A DNA stretch of 32,000 nucleotides, from assembly GCA_003858585.1 (NCBI GenBank), contig RQZE01000004.1, positions 1 to 32,000 of the forward strand, read 5' to 3'. Each line of letters opens with the position of its first letter. Within the stretch, counting starts at the first letter, position 1. Shown in pieces: positions 1-7,529 of this stretch. The position numbers were made by a program, and so were the translations under genes. The DNA is from Erysipelotrichaceae bacterium OH741_COT-311 (lineage in GTDB: Bacteria; Bacillota_I; Bacilli_A; Erysipelotrichales; Erysipelotrichaceae). The notes below the pieces were generated by a model that saw nothing but the letters and a program-made list of their open reading frames with translations, had not been told where the DNA came from and ran no database searches.

Positions 1-63
1 CTGGCTTATTCAAAGTTTAGCATAAGAAGGACTTTTTTGTTCATCGCTTAAGCTCATCTTTAC

Positions 64-87
64 CCACGCCACTATGGCGTGGTTTTT
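64..87 (+). terminator. Rho-independent terminator-like hairpin, probably for a convergent + strand gene ending at or before the window edge
   Basis: ccacgcca (64-71) pairs perfectly with tggcgtgg (75-82) across a 3-nt loop, followed by ttttt (83-87) on the + strand. + strand frame 1 is open from position 1 to a TAA at 49-51, which fits a gene tail. Confidence 0.5.
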
Positions 88-92
88 CTATA

Positions 93-126
93 TAAAAAGA
101 AACAATGTAAATACATTGTTTCTTTT
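93..126 (-). terminator. Rho-independent terminator of the flavin reductase gene
   Basis: 12-bp perfect inverted repeat agaaacaatgta (98-109) / tacattgtttct (112-123), starting 6 nt past the stop at 130. On the minus strand it is followed by a T-run (A-run 94-97 on +). Confidence 0.6.
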
Positions 127-129
127 AGT

Positions 130-1941
130 TTATTTTGCTTCTGATACGTTTTTATCACTTGCTGCATTTTTACCAGCAATACGTCCAAAAACTAAAATAT
201 CTCCTAAGGCATTACCACCCAAACGGTTTGCCCCATGGATACCACCGGTTACTTCACCAGCTGCATATAAGCCCTTGATGACATTTCCATTTACATCAAT
301 CACTTGTGCTTCTTTATTAATCTTAATACCACCCATTGTATGATGTACTGTAGGAATACGTGGAGCTGCATAGAATGGACCTTGATTAATTGGATCTTTA
401 AATAATGTACGTCCAAATGGATCTTTAATTTCTCCACTTACTGCTTTATTGTATTCTTCAATCGCTTTTACAAGATTATTAGGATCAACTTTAATTTGAG
501 CAGCTAATTCTTCTAATGTTTCTCCTTTAAATGCACGACCTTCTTTAATCAATGTATTGACTGATTCATTAAAATTATTCACTTCATCACCAGTAGGATA
601 ATCATGACTATCTAAAATTACCCATAGCATTGAATCCGTTTGCTCCATAAGTGCAGCTGTCATAACATCACGTCTAGCACCTTCATCTACAAATCGATTT
701 CCTTCTTTGTTTACGAAAATACGATTTTCAACCGCTTTTTCAATATTACCACTTAATGAACCTGTTTTTGGATCTCCCATTGGTAATAATTGAATATATT
801 CCATGCCAACTAACTCCGCATTTACTTCTTTAGCCATTAAGATACCATCTCCGGTAGCACCAGGATGATTTGTAGATTTAATATTTTCACCTAAATCTTT
901 CCAAATTGTATTGTATTCTTGACGCATTTGTACATTAGCACCAAAACCACCTGTAGCAATAATCACTGCATTATTCGCATTTAATGTAACCTTATTACCA
1001 GATTTACCAGTAGCCACAACACCGGTAACACGGTTGTCTTTTACAATTAATTGTTCTGCTTTTGTTTCTAGTAAAACTTCAATATTTTCATTAGAATCAA
1101 TATATTTTTGATATGTATTAAAGAAACCTGTACCCACCGGATCAGAAGGTTTGTGTGCTCTTGGCCATAAACCACCTAAAACTGTAAATGTACCTGGTTC
1201 AAATTTCATACCTAGACTTTGTAGCCATTCAACGCCATCCCATACATTTTCCACATATGTACGAATAAGTTCCGGATCACCTTTTTTATCTCCACCTTTA
1301 TAAGTTTGTTGAAAGTGTAACTCAGTAGAATCTTTATTTGCCTTTGCAGTTTCACTACCATCATCAACGGCATTTAAAGCACCACCTGACATAATCGTAT
1401 TTCCACCCACTTTTGGCATTTTTTCAATAACGATAACACTTGCACCTTCTTGATGAGCACTGACTGCAGCTGCTAAACCAGCACCACCTGCACCAATTAT
1501 AATAACATCTGCAGTTAACGTTATATCTTCTTCTTTTTTAACAGTATCCTTTACTTGTTTTAATGCTTCAACATCATAACCAGCTTCTTTCAATGCTTCA
1601 GCAGCAGCAGCTAAAATAGCATTACTTGTTACTGTTGCTCCTGAAATGGCATCTACACCCAACCCCTGAATCGCAACAATTCTTTCAGGAATCGAAGAAA
1701 TAGCTAAATCACTGATGTTTGGTGTTTCCTGGTGTTCAACGACTTGAATCGTTTTAATTTTTTCACCTTCTACCACAGCTTCCAATTTAAGCGGACCATT
1801 ATGCCCATCCACTGTTGCTGTGTAAGTTCCATCCGTTACTTTCTTAGGAACATCTGTTTCTTTTGGCTTGTTATTACAAGCGACAAGTGAAATTGATAAA
1901 AAAGTAACAATTAGAAATGTCAAAATCCTTTTAAGTCTCAT
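130..1941 (-). CDS. Lipoprotein-anchored flavoprotein reductase: N-terminal FMN-binding domain plus FAD-dependent fumarate reductase/urocanate reductase-family domain
   Basis: Signal peptide with lipobox LVAC (Cys22). FMN_bind-type segment contains DAISGAT (residues 97-103, nt 1633-1653), the ApbE flavinylation motif. Dinucleotide fold IIIGAGGAGLAAA. C-terminal HHTMGGI and GEVTGGIHGANRLGGNALGD are signatures of the flavocytochrome c / FrdA-like family. AGGAGG RBS at 1949-1954. Confidence 0.85.
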   Translation of the reverse strand: MRLKRILTFLIVTFLSISLVACNNKPKETDVPKKVTDGTYTATVDGHNGPLKLEAVVEGEKIKTIQVVEHQETPNISDLAISSIPERIVAIQGLGVDAISGATVTSNAILAAAAEALKEAGYDVEALKQVKDTVKKEEDITLTADVIIIGAGGAGLAAAVSAHQEGASVIVIEKMPKVGGNTIMSGGALNAVDDGSETAKANKDSTELHFQQTYKGGDKKGDPELIRTYVENVWDGVEWLQSLGMKFEPGTFTVLGGLWPRAHKPSDPVGTGFFNTYQKYIDSNENIEVLLETKAEQLIVKDNRVTGVVATGKSGNKVTLNANNAVIIATGGFGANVQMRQEYNTIWKDLGENIKSTNHPGATGDGILMAKEVNAELVGMEYIQLLPMGDPKTGSLSGNIEKAVENRIFVNKEGNRFVDEGARRDVMTAALMEQTDSMLWVILDSHDYPTGDEVNNFNESVNTLIKEGRAFKGETLEELAAQIKVDPNNLVKAIEEYNKAVSGEIKDPFGRTLFKDPINQGPFYAAPRIPTVHHTMGGIKINKEAQVIDVNGNVIKGLYAAGEVTGGIHGANRLGGNALGDILVFGRIAGKNAASDKNVSEAK

Positions 1942-1960
1942 AATTTTTCCTCCTAGTAAA

Positions 1961-1991
1961 ATTATAAAGATTAGAGTAACACTAAGGTCAA
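1961..1991 (-). promoter_or_regulatory. MerR-type promoter: TTGACC -35, 19-nt spacer containing an imperfect dyad, TATAAT -10
   Basis: On the minus strand: TTGACC (1986-1991), a 19-nt spacer (1967-1985), then TATAAT (1961-1966). The spacer is TTAGTGTTACTCTAA plus 4 nt; the 15-mer matches its own reverse complement at 12/15 positions. It lies directly after the MerR stop and before the reductase RBS. Confidence 0.5.
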
Positions 1992-2002
1992 GTAAATTTT
2001 TA

Positions 2003-2809
2003 CTATGTTAATTTTAAGAGTAAATAATGATAATTTAAATAATGGTCGTTATGGGCAATTGAATGCACGATACTACTATAACAATCTAAATGTGAGCTAA
2101 TACCATGTTTTTTTAGATAATCCTGTAAACGATGAAACGAATCAAAACCAAATGGATCTCGATTTTTCTTTTCATAAATGGTAATTAAATATTTTCCTTT
2201 TGGTATCATCTGAAATTGTGTGACATCTAAATTCAACTTTAATGCATGTTGATAATTCATATTTAAACCAAAATGATATTCTAACTCTCCTTCTTTTAAA
2301 TCGACAATCGGACTTGGTATTCTACTAACCCATTGTACAAGTGGAGAATACTTTAATACTTCATTTCTTAAGTGAATTAAGTGTTCATTTTGTTCAATGA
2401 TTTCTTGATTTGAAAATTCTAAACGAAGAATATCATCCAGTTCAATTTCAATTACCTCATCTTTTAATCTATCAAAAATTGAAAAGAAACGATTAAATTC
2501 ATCTATTTTCTCAAGACATAATTGCTTAAATAAAATCTCTTTTGCAATCACTTCTTTTTGTAAATTAAGTTTTTCAATTAATTCATCACTCTTAGAATGC
2601 TTTAAGATTTTAACTGTCTCATTTAACGAAAACCCTAAATCTGTATACATACAAGCTAAATTAAACCGTCTAGTATCTAACACGGAATAATAGCGATAAC
2701 CATTTTGTATATCACTAACCGGACTAATAATATCTAGTTTTTGATAATAGCGCAGCTTATGAGTTGTAGTTCCTAGTAAATTTGCCATTTGCTTAATTGA
2801 ATAACGCAT
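2003..2809 (-). CDS. MerR family transcriptional regulator with a C-terminal GyrI-like/effector-binding domain
   Basis: N-terminal MerR HTH (YSIKQMANLLGTTTHKLRYYQKLDIISP...GYRYY), a coiled-coil linker, then a ~150-aa C-terminal ligand-type domain. Confidence 0.85.
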   Translation of the reverse strand: MRYSIKQMANLLGTTTHKLRYYQKLDIISPVSDIQNGYRYYSVLDTRRFNLACMYTDLGFSLNETVKILKHSKSDELIEKLNLQKEVIAKEILFKQLCLEKIDEFNRFFSIFDRLKDEVIEIELDDILRLEFSNQEIIEQNEHLIHLRNEVLKYSPLVQWVSRIPSPIVDLKEGELEYHFGLNMNYQHALKLNLDVTQFQMIPKGKYLITIYEKKNRDPFGFDSFHRLQDYLKKHGISSHLDCYSSIVHSIAHNDHYLNYHYLLLKLT

Positions 2810-2821
2810 ACAAATCCCTCT

Positions 2822-4417
2822 TTAGTCTTTCATAATAACAATATCATCTTCCATAATCATCGTTTTACCATTGGGTATTACCAATTTGTCATCACGAATA
2901 ATAAAGATAACCAGTTGATTCTTTTTAAATGAAATTTCAGATAACGTTTTATGTACCCAACGATGCTCTCTATCTATAATTACTTCTTCTAAATGGATTG
3001 GTTTGGTATTAGTAACAACTTTGGTTACTAATATGACAATATCATTTACTTCTATTTTAAAATTTCCATCCGGCGTAATTTCTTCGTTGTTACGATTAAC
3101 ACTTACTAATAACGTATCCATGGGTAGAATAATATCTTTAACTAATTGATTTTTCCAACTGTGATTTTCTTTGATTTTAATTGGTATCGATTGTACTGGC
3201 AATTCTTCAACATAATCATTAAATGTTTTTAAAACATCACTACTATCATCAAGCATATAATATCTTTTACTAGCATAAGGTAAAATCATGCCTTGAATCA
3301 AAATAGAATACAATACAATTAAAAAGACAATATTAAATAAAAATTGATTATTAAATGTTGTACTAACCGCAATCATGATTGCAAATACAATCGAAGATGC
3401 CCCTTTTAAACCGGCAAGAGAGATAATAAACATTTGATTCCAATGTAATTGAAATCTATGTATTAATAACCATACAATAATTGGTCGAGCAAAAAAAGTT
3501 AAAAAAAGAAAAATGAAAAAAGAACTATATAATACACTACCTAAGCTAGATGGTGTTGCTAATAAACCAATCATAAAAAAGGTTAACATCTGCATTAATG
3601 CTGTAATCCCATCAAAGAAATTAACAAGTATTTTTTTATTGGGTAACATTTGATTCCCTAACAATAATCCCATTAGATATACACTTAAATAGCCATTCCC
3701 TTGTACATACAACGGCAATACATAAGCAATTAATACCATGGCAAAAACAAAAATAGTATCAAATCCATCACTGATAAATTCAACATGATTTAAAATATAT
3801 TTTGTTAAATAAGCAAAAACAACACCTAAAACACATCCAAATATCAGTTGTAATCCCAATAATTTCACTATATCAAATAATTTAAAAGTACTATATTGTA
3901 TAATGTTTAAAATTAAAATGGTAATTAAATAAGCAAATGGATCATTACTACCACTTTCTAACTCAAGTAAAGATGCTGTATTATATTTTAAATTTAATTT
4001 GCGTTGCTTTAAAATAGCAAAGACAGAAGCAGCATCCGTAGAACTAATTGCAGCACCGATAGCATAACTTAATAATCGATCCATCTTTAAAACATATTCG
4101 CAAAAAGCACCTACAAACAAAGCTGTAAAAACAACACCAACAGTAGAAAGAAGAATAGATTGTTTCACAACCGGTTTTGCCATTCTCCAATTAGTATTAA
4201 ATCCACCATAAAAAATAATAAAAATTAAGGCTATCGAAGATAACTCTTTCACTAAATTATAGTTTTCAAAGTGTATTTTAAAAATACCATCACTGCCGAA
4301 TAATAAACCTAAACTAATAAAAATGATTAGAGTTGGTAATCCCGATTTCTTTGATATTTTTGAAAAAGCCAAACAAGCAATAATAACAAAAGCAAAAACT
4401 AAAATATATAATTCCAT
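2822..4417 (-). CDS. Potassium/proton antiporter (CPA1, NhaP2/CvrA-like) with a C-terminal TrkA-C domain
   Basis: About 12 predicted TM helices over ~385 aa, followed by a soluble ~140-aa tail with a TrkA-C-like pattern (DIVILVTK..., DDIVIM). N-terminus is typical of NhaP2-type exchangers. GGAG RBS. Confidence 0.8.
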   Translation of the reverse strand: MELYILVFAFVIIACLAFSKISKKSGLPTLIIFISLGLLFGSDGIFKIHFENYNLVKELSSIALIFIIFYGGFNTNWRMAKPVVKQSILLSTVGVVFTALFVGAFCEYVLKMDRLLSYAIGAAISSTDAASVFAILKQRKLNLKYNTASLLELESGSNDPFAYLITILILNIIQYSTFKLFDIVKLLGLQLIFGCVLGVVFAYLTKYILNHVEFISDGFDTIFVFAMVLIAYVLPLYVQGNGYLSVYLMGLLLGNQMLPNKKILVNFFDGITALMQMLTFFMIGLLATPSSLGSVLYSSFFIFLFLTFFARPIIVWLLIHRFQLHWNQMFIISLAGLKGASSIVFAIMIAVSTTFNNQFLFNIVFLIVLYSILIQGMILPYASKRYYMLDDSSDVLKTFNDYVEELPVQSIPIKIKENHSWKNQLVKDIILPMDTLLVSVNRNNEEITPDGNFKIEVNDIVILVTKVVTNTKPIHLEEVIIDREHRWVHKTLSEISFKKNQLVIFIIRDDKLVIPNGKTMIMEDDIVIMKD

Positions 4418-4518
4418 GATTAGCTCCTTTTAACTATAAATGATACAAAATAAATAACATACACGTGTTTATTATACCTTTTTTTAATGATATTTCCTAT
4501 AGCAACTAGTGATTACTT

Positions 4519-5007
4519 TTATTTAGATGATGGAAACCAAGGTATGCAACGATTTACACATTTAGAATAAATAATATATTCATTTTGAAATCGCTGTAGC
4601 AACCATTTCTCTTCTGTATATATTAATAATAATGACAAAATAATCCAGTGTATTATAAGAAGTGGAAACAACAAAATATTAGCGCTTGCAAGTAAAATTG
4701 AAAAATTCATAAATAAAAAAGCACTATAAATTGGATGTCGAACATAGCCATATACACCATCTGTAACTAATTTATTTTGTTTAATTTTACTTGTAATATG
4801 ATTAAAAAAGATAGCAGATCCCCATAAAACAATTGCTATAATAATAAATAAAAACGAAATTAATTTACATACTATATTTAAAGAAGGAAGATAATATATC
4901 AGTGATTTATTTTCGGTATAGAAAATACTTAAAAACGTTAATAAAAAACTAAATAGAGTATAATATGGTCCAACACCCAAAATAGGTAAATTAGTTTTTG
5001 CTTTCAT
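4519..5007 (-). CDS. Isoprenylcysteine carboxyl methyltransferase (ICMT)/phospholipid methyltransferase family membrane protein
   Basis: Four to five TM helices and the family motif LVTDGVYGYVRHPIYSAFLF. The ORF track begins at a TTG (5010); ATG at 5007 is the likelier start. Confidence 0.7.
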   Translation of the reverse strand: MKAKTNLPILGVGPYYTLFSFLLTFLSIFYTENKSLIYYLPSLNIVCKLISFLFIIIAIVLWGSAIFFNHITSKIKQNKLVTDGVYGYVRHPIYSAFLFMNFSILLASANILLFPLLIIHWIILSLLLIYTEEKWLLQRFQNEYIIYSKCVNRCIPWFPSSK

Positions 5008-5051
5008 CAAATTTTTCTTCTTCCCTCATCAAAATATAAGTATTAGTAAAT

Positions 5052-5546
5052 TCAAAAAAGTTTGCTTAAAAAATCATCTAAGTATAGCAATCCTTGTTCA
5101 TTTATTTCTTTTAGTATACCATAATATGTTTCTGAAACACTTCCTGCAATAGCAGCTATCGTATCACTATATTCCCCTATCTATGTGTATGAAATATACT
5201 CTTTTATATCCAAAATCGAATAACCGGTTTTTGCCATATGTACCAACTGCAATTGCCTCTACCCCTTTAATACCTTCCAGGTGATTATGGGTAACAGATG
5301 TTACTTGATATGATAACTCTTTAACTTCTTCTATACATTTTGCAACATATGCTAACGGACTTACACACGTTGATTCCCCATTTCCAAAACGATCATATGG
5401 TTTCGGATATCTTTGTATTAACCTTTGTACAAAATAACCTCCATATCCTCCATTAGGATAAGATTTTCCTATCTTATGCATCCAATAAATTGTTTGTTCT
5501 TGTTTTGAACCAATAATATCTACTATAATGGCTTCTAGGATATTAC
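5052..5546 (-). pseudogene. Decayed ADP-ribosylglycohydrolase family gene (frameshifted, internally deleted, no start codon)
   Basis: Three family blocks survive in two frames: AIIVDIIGS (no ATG; TGA immediately upstream), then YPNGGYGGYF...FGNG...THNHLEGIKG (ORF 5167-5481), and in another frame DTIAAIAGSVSETYYGILKEINEQGLLYLDDFLSKLF* (about 5052-5165). The total span encodes ~160 aa against ~260+ aa for intact members. The FTDDT-type block is missing. Confidence 0.6.
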
Positions 5547-5575
5547 TTTTCCTTCAATGTATCTTTATTGTATAT

Positions 5576-5604
5576 AAAAACATGTTTGCAAGCAAACATG
5601 TTTT
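5576..5604 (-). terminator. Rho-independent (potentially bidirectional) terminator after the CBM9-like lipoprotein gene
   Basis: catgtttgc (5581-5589) / gcaaacatg (5592-5600) inverted repeat, flanked by aaaaa (5576-5580) and tttt (5601-4). It lies 16 nt downstream of the stop at 5620. Confidence 0.65.
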
Positions 5605-5619
5605 AGGATTCCTGTATAA

Positions 5620-6429
5620 TTATTTTAAACCTAAAAATCGGAATTGTCCAAATGCACTATCTACATGAAAATCTGGAACTTCCGTTTTTGGATCTACCCA
5701 TGATATCCACTGCATAACCAATTCATCATGATTCTTTGTAAACTCCGCTCTAAATACACCAACACGTATGATTTGATCTTCTGAAAATAAGTTTAGTGCT
5801 TTTAAAGTCGTTAATGGTATATAACCTTCAACAACATAACCATCATCTACAATTTGTGCTGCATTTTTTGCTCCATCAAAATTAAACTTGGAATCAAACT
5901 CACGATAATATTTAACAGAATAATCATGAGCTCTACCCAATGGATCTACCTCTGTAGCATAGTATAATGGAATTTCATACTCTACAGGTTTATCAATGGA
6001 AGTACTAGCAAAAAATAATTCTACACGATCTTCATTATCAACTGTACTTTCATCTTCTTTCCATTCTTCTTCAGAAACAACAGCTTGATCCTTTACTACA
6101 AAACTAAAATAAAAATTATTATTGTCATGATAAGCCTTAAACTCTGTAAATGGAGCCTCTATTTTTTCCCATGGATATAAAAAACTTCCCGAAATCACAC
6201 CCAAAGAATTCCAAACTTCCTCCTCTAAGACACCATCGATATTTACCGAAGAGTCACGATAATTTACATCATAGTTACTTGTACTTAATTGTACTTGATT
6301 TACAACTTTCACTGTCACTTCTGAATTGGATGGTGTTTCTGTCGAATTATGCATAGTCGTTGTTTGGTTTGTAGCTGGTGCTGTGCAAGAAACTAGTAGA
6401 AAAGTAACAATTATAATAAGAAATTTCAT
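5620..6429 (-). CDS. Lipoprotein with a carbohydrate-binding family 9 (CBM9/DOMON-like) domain
   Basis: Signal peptide with lipobox LVSC. The segment VDGVLEEEVWNSLGVISGSFLYPWE...FKAYHDNNNFYFSFVVKD resembles the CBM9-like sugar-binding family, judged from memory of its pattern. Confidence 0.5.
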   Translation of the reverse strand: MKFLIIIVTFLLVSCTAPATNQTTTMHNSTETPSNSEVTVKVVNQVQLSTSNYDVNYRDSSVNIDGVLEEEVWNSLGVISGSFLYPWEKIEAPFTEFKAYHDNNNFYFSFVVKDQAVVSEEEWKEDESTVDNEDRVELFFASTSIDKPVEYEIPLYYATEVDPLGRAHDYSVKYYREFDSKFNFDGAKNAAQIVDDGYVVEGYIPLTTLKALNLFSEDQIIRVGVFRAEFTKNHDELVMQWISWVDPKTEVPDFHVDSAFGQFRFLGLK

Positions 6430-6553
6430 TTAATATCTTTCCTTTCTGATTTCTATTTTAAATAGTAAGTAATCCTTATCCTCCTTTCTATTTACTTACT
6501 ATACATATTTTTTAAACAACACTTAACTTAGTTTTAGTTTAAAACATGTACTT

Positions 6554-7450
6554 TTAATTGTCAATCGAGCTACGATTTTTATTAAACAAATAGTGCAATC
6601 TATTTTCTAAATACTTCATTTCTTTACGAGCTTTTATAGAGTGTGGGTACATAAAACGACTACCAAAAGAACTATTGTAAAGTATGAAAAGAACAAAAAT
6701 AATAAATGTTTTCGGTAAATATAAAATATAATACATTTTTTTAGGTATTAATCGATTGTAAATCGATTGTACTTGACTTAAATTATACTTTAATTCATCA
6801 ACTGCATTAGAAAGTATGGAATAGTTATATCCAGCATATTTGGATTTCTCAACCGCATAATATACGTTTGCTAAAGGAACTACCAAAGCTAAATGACATA
6901 TTTGCCATAAATGCATATTATCAACAATATCATAAGGAATTCGAGATGTTTTAAAAATATCTTTTAATATATTTAAACGTTGACTTTTCTTAGAATGCAA
7001 TTCACCAAAGGTTGTTTTCTGGATATAGCTTGGGGTTAAATATGCTCTTAAAATACCTTCTTCATCAATACTTCCACCCGCACCAGGAAATGCCGGTAGT
7101 ATACGATTGTATCCACATATATTTTCCCATGTTTGATATGTGTCTACCGTATTTACCATAGTAACCAATGTTTTACTTCTATTATTTTTTAACTGTCTCA
7201 ATGCATCATATATTTGATCGGATTTTACTGTAACAAAAATGAAATCATATATATCATTGTCTCTTAATGTATCGATAACATTTACATTTAATTTCTTAAT
7301 GGTTTTTCTTTCTTGATATACTAACCCATTGCTTAATAATTGATGAAAGCGATTGTTTCTTGCATACATAGTTACTTGGTATCCTGCTTTTAAAAAATAA
7401 AGAGCATAAAAGGATCCAATAACACCGGAGCCAAAAATTAGTAATTTCAT
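6554..7450 (-). CDS. Ketopantoate reductase (ApbA/PanE) family oxidoreductase
   Basis: N-terminal Rossmann motif MKLLIFGSGVIGSFYALYFLKAGYQV. I chose ATG at 7450 because AAAGGTGGA precedes it and the track's longer start (7501) would run through the upstream terminator hairpin. Confidence 0.6.
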   Translation of the reverse strand: MKLLIFGSGVIGSFYALYFLKAGYQVTMYARNNRFHQLLSNGLVYQERKTIKKLNVNVIDTLRDNDIYDFIFVTVKSDQIYDALRQLKNNRSKTLVTMVNTVDTYQTWENICGYNRILPAFPGAGGSIDEEGILRAYLTPSYIQKTTFGELHSKKSQRLNILKDIFKTSRIPYDIVDNMHLWQICHLALVVPLANVYYAVEKSKYAGYNYSILSNAVDELKYNLSQVQSIYNRLIPKKMYYILYLPKTFIIFVLFILYNSSFGSRFMYPHSIKARKEMKYLENRLHYLFNKNRSSIDN

Positions 7451-7489
7451 TTGAATCCACCTTTCTATAGAATAAAGTTTATGAATATG

Positions 7490-7522
7490 AAAAATGAGCA
7501 TGTAGGTCTACATACTCATTTT
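7490..7522 (-). terminator. Rho-independent terminator of the adhesin gene
   Basis: Arms 7494-7505 and 7508-7519 form a 12-bp stem (one G-U pair when read on the minus strand). An A-run (7490-7493 on +) gives a U-tract on the minus transcript. Confidence 0.6.
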
Positions 7523-7529
7523 AATACTT

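Noticed and set aside
74-343. + strand ORF of 89 aa overlapping the 3' end of the reductase gene
   Set aside because: It lies antisense to a strongly supported CDS, has no RBS, and its composition is low-complexity shadow-frame. The same reasoning applies to the other + strand track ORFs: 6150-6356, 8362-8556, 9427-9702, 10657-10863, 13343-13540, 14699-14887, 14839-15084, 15654-15836, 16615-16866, 16869-17135, 16880-17095, 20998-21213, 22652-22858, 27788-27979, 28920-29132, 29255-29443 and 31158-31373.
4461-4468. ACACGTGT palindrome upstream of the antiporter gene as a possible operator
   Set aside because: It is only 8 bp, the flanking symmetry is poor, and it has no second copy or known cognate regulator. 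There is not enough evidence to call a site.
7451-7501. Longer N-terminus (MLIFHIHKLYSIERWIQ) for the ketopantoate-reductase-family ORF
   Set aside because: The extension has no RBS and runs into the adhesin terminator hairpin (7494-7519). ATG at 7450 has AAAGGTGGA upstream and begins the Rossmann fold directly.
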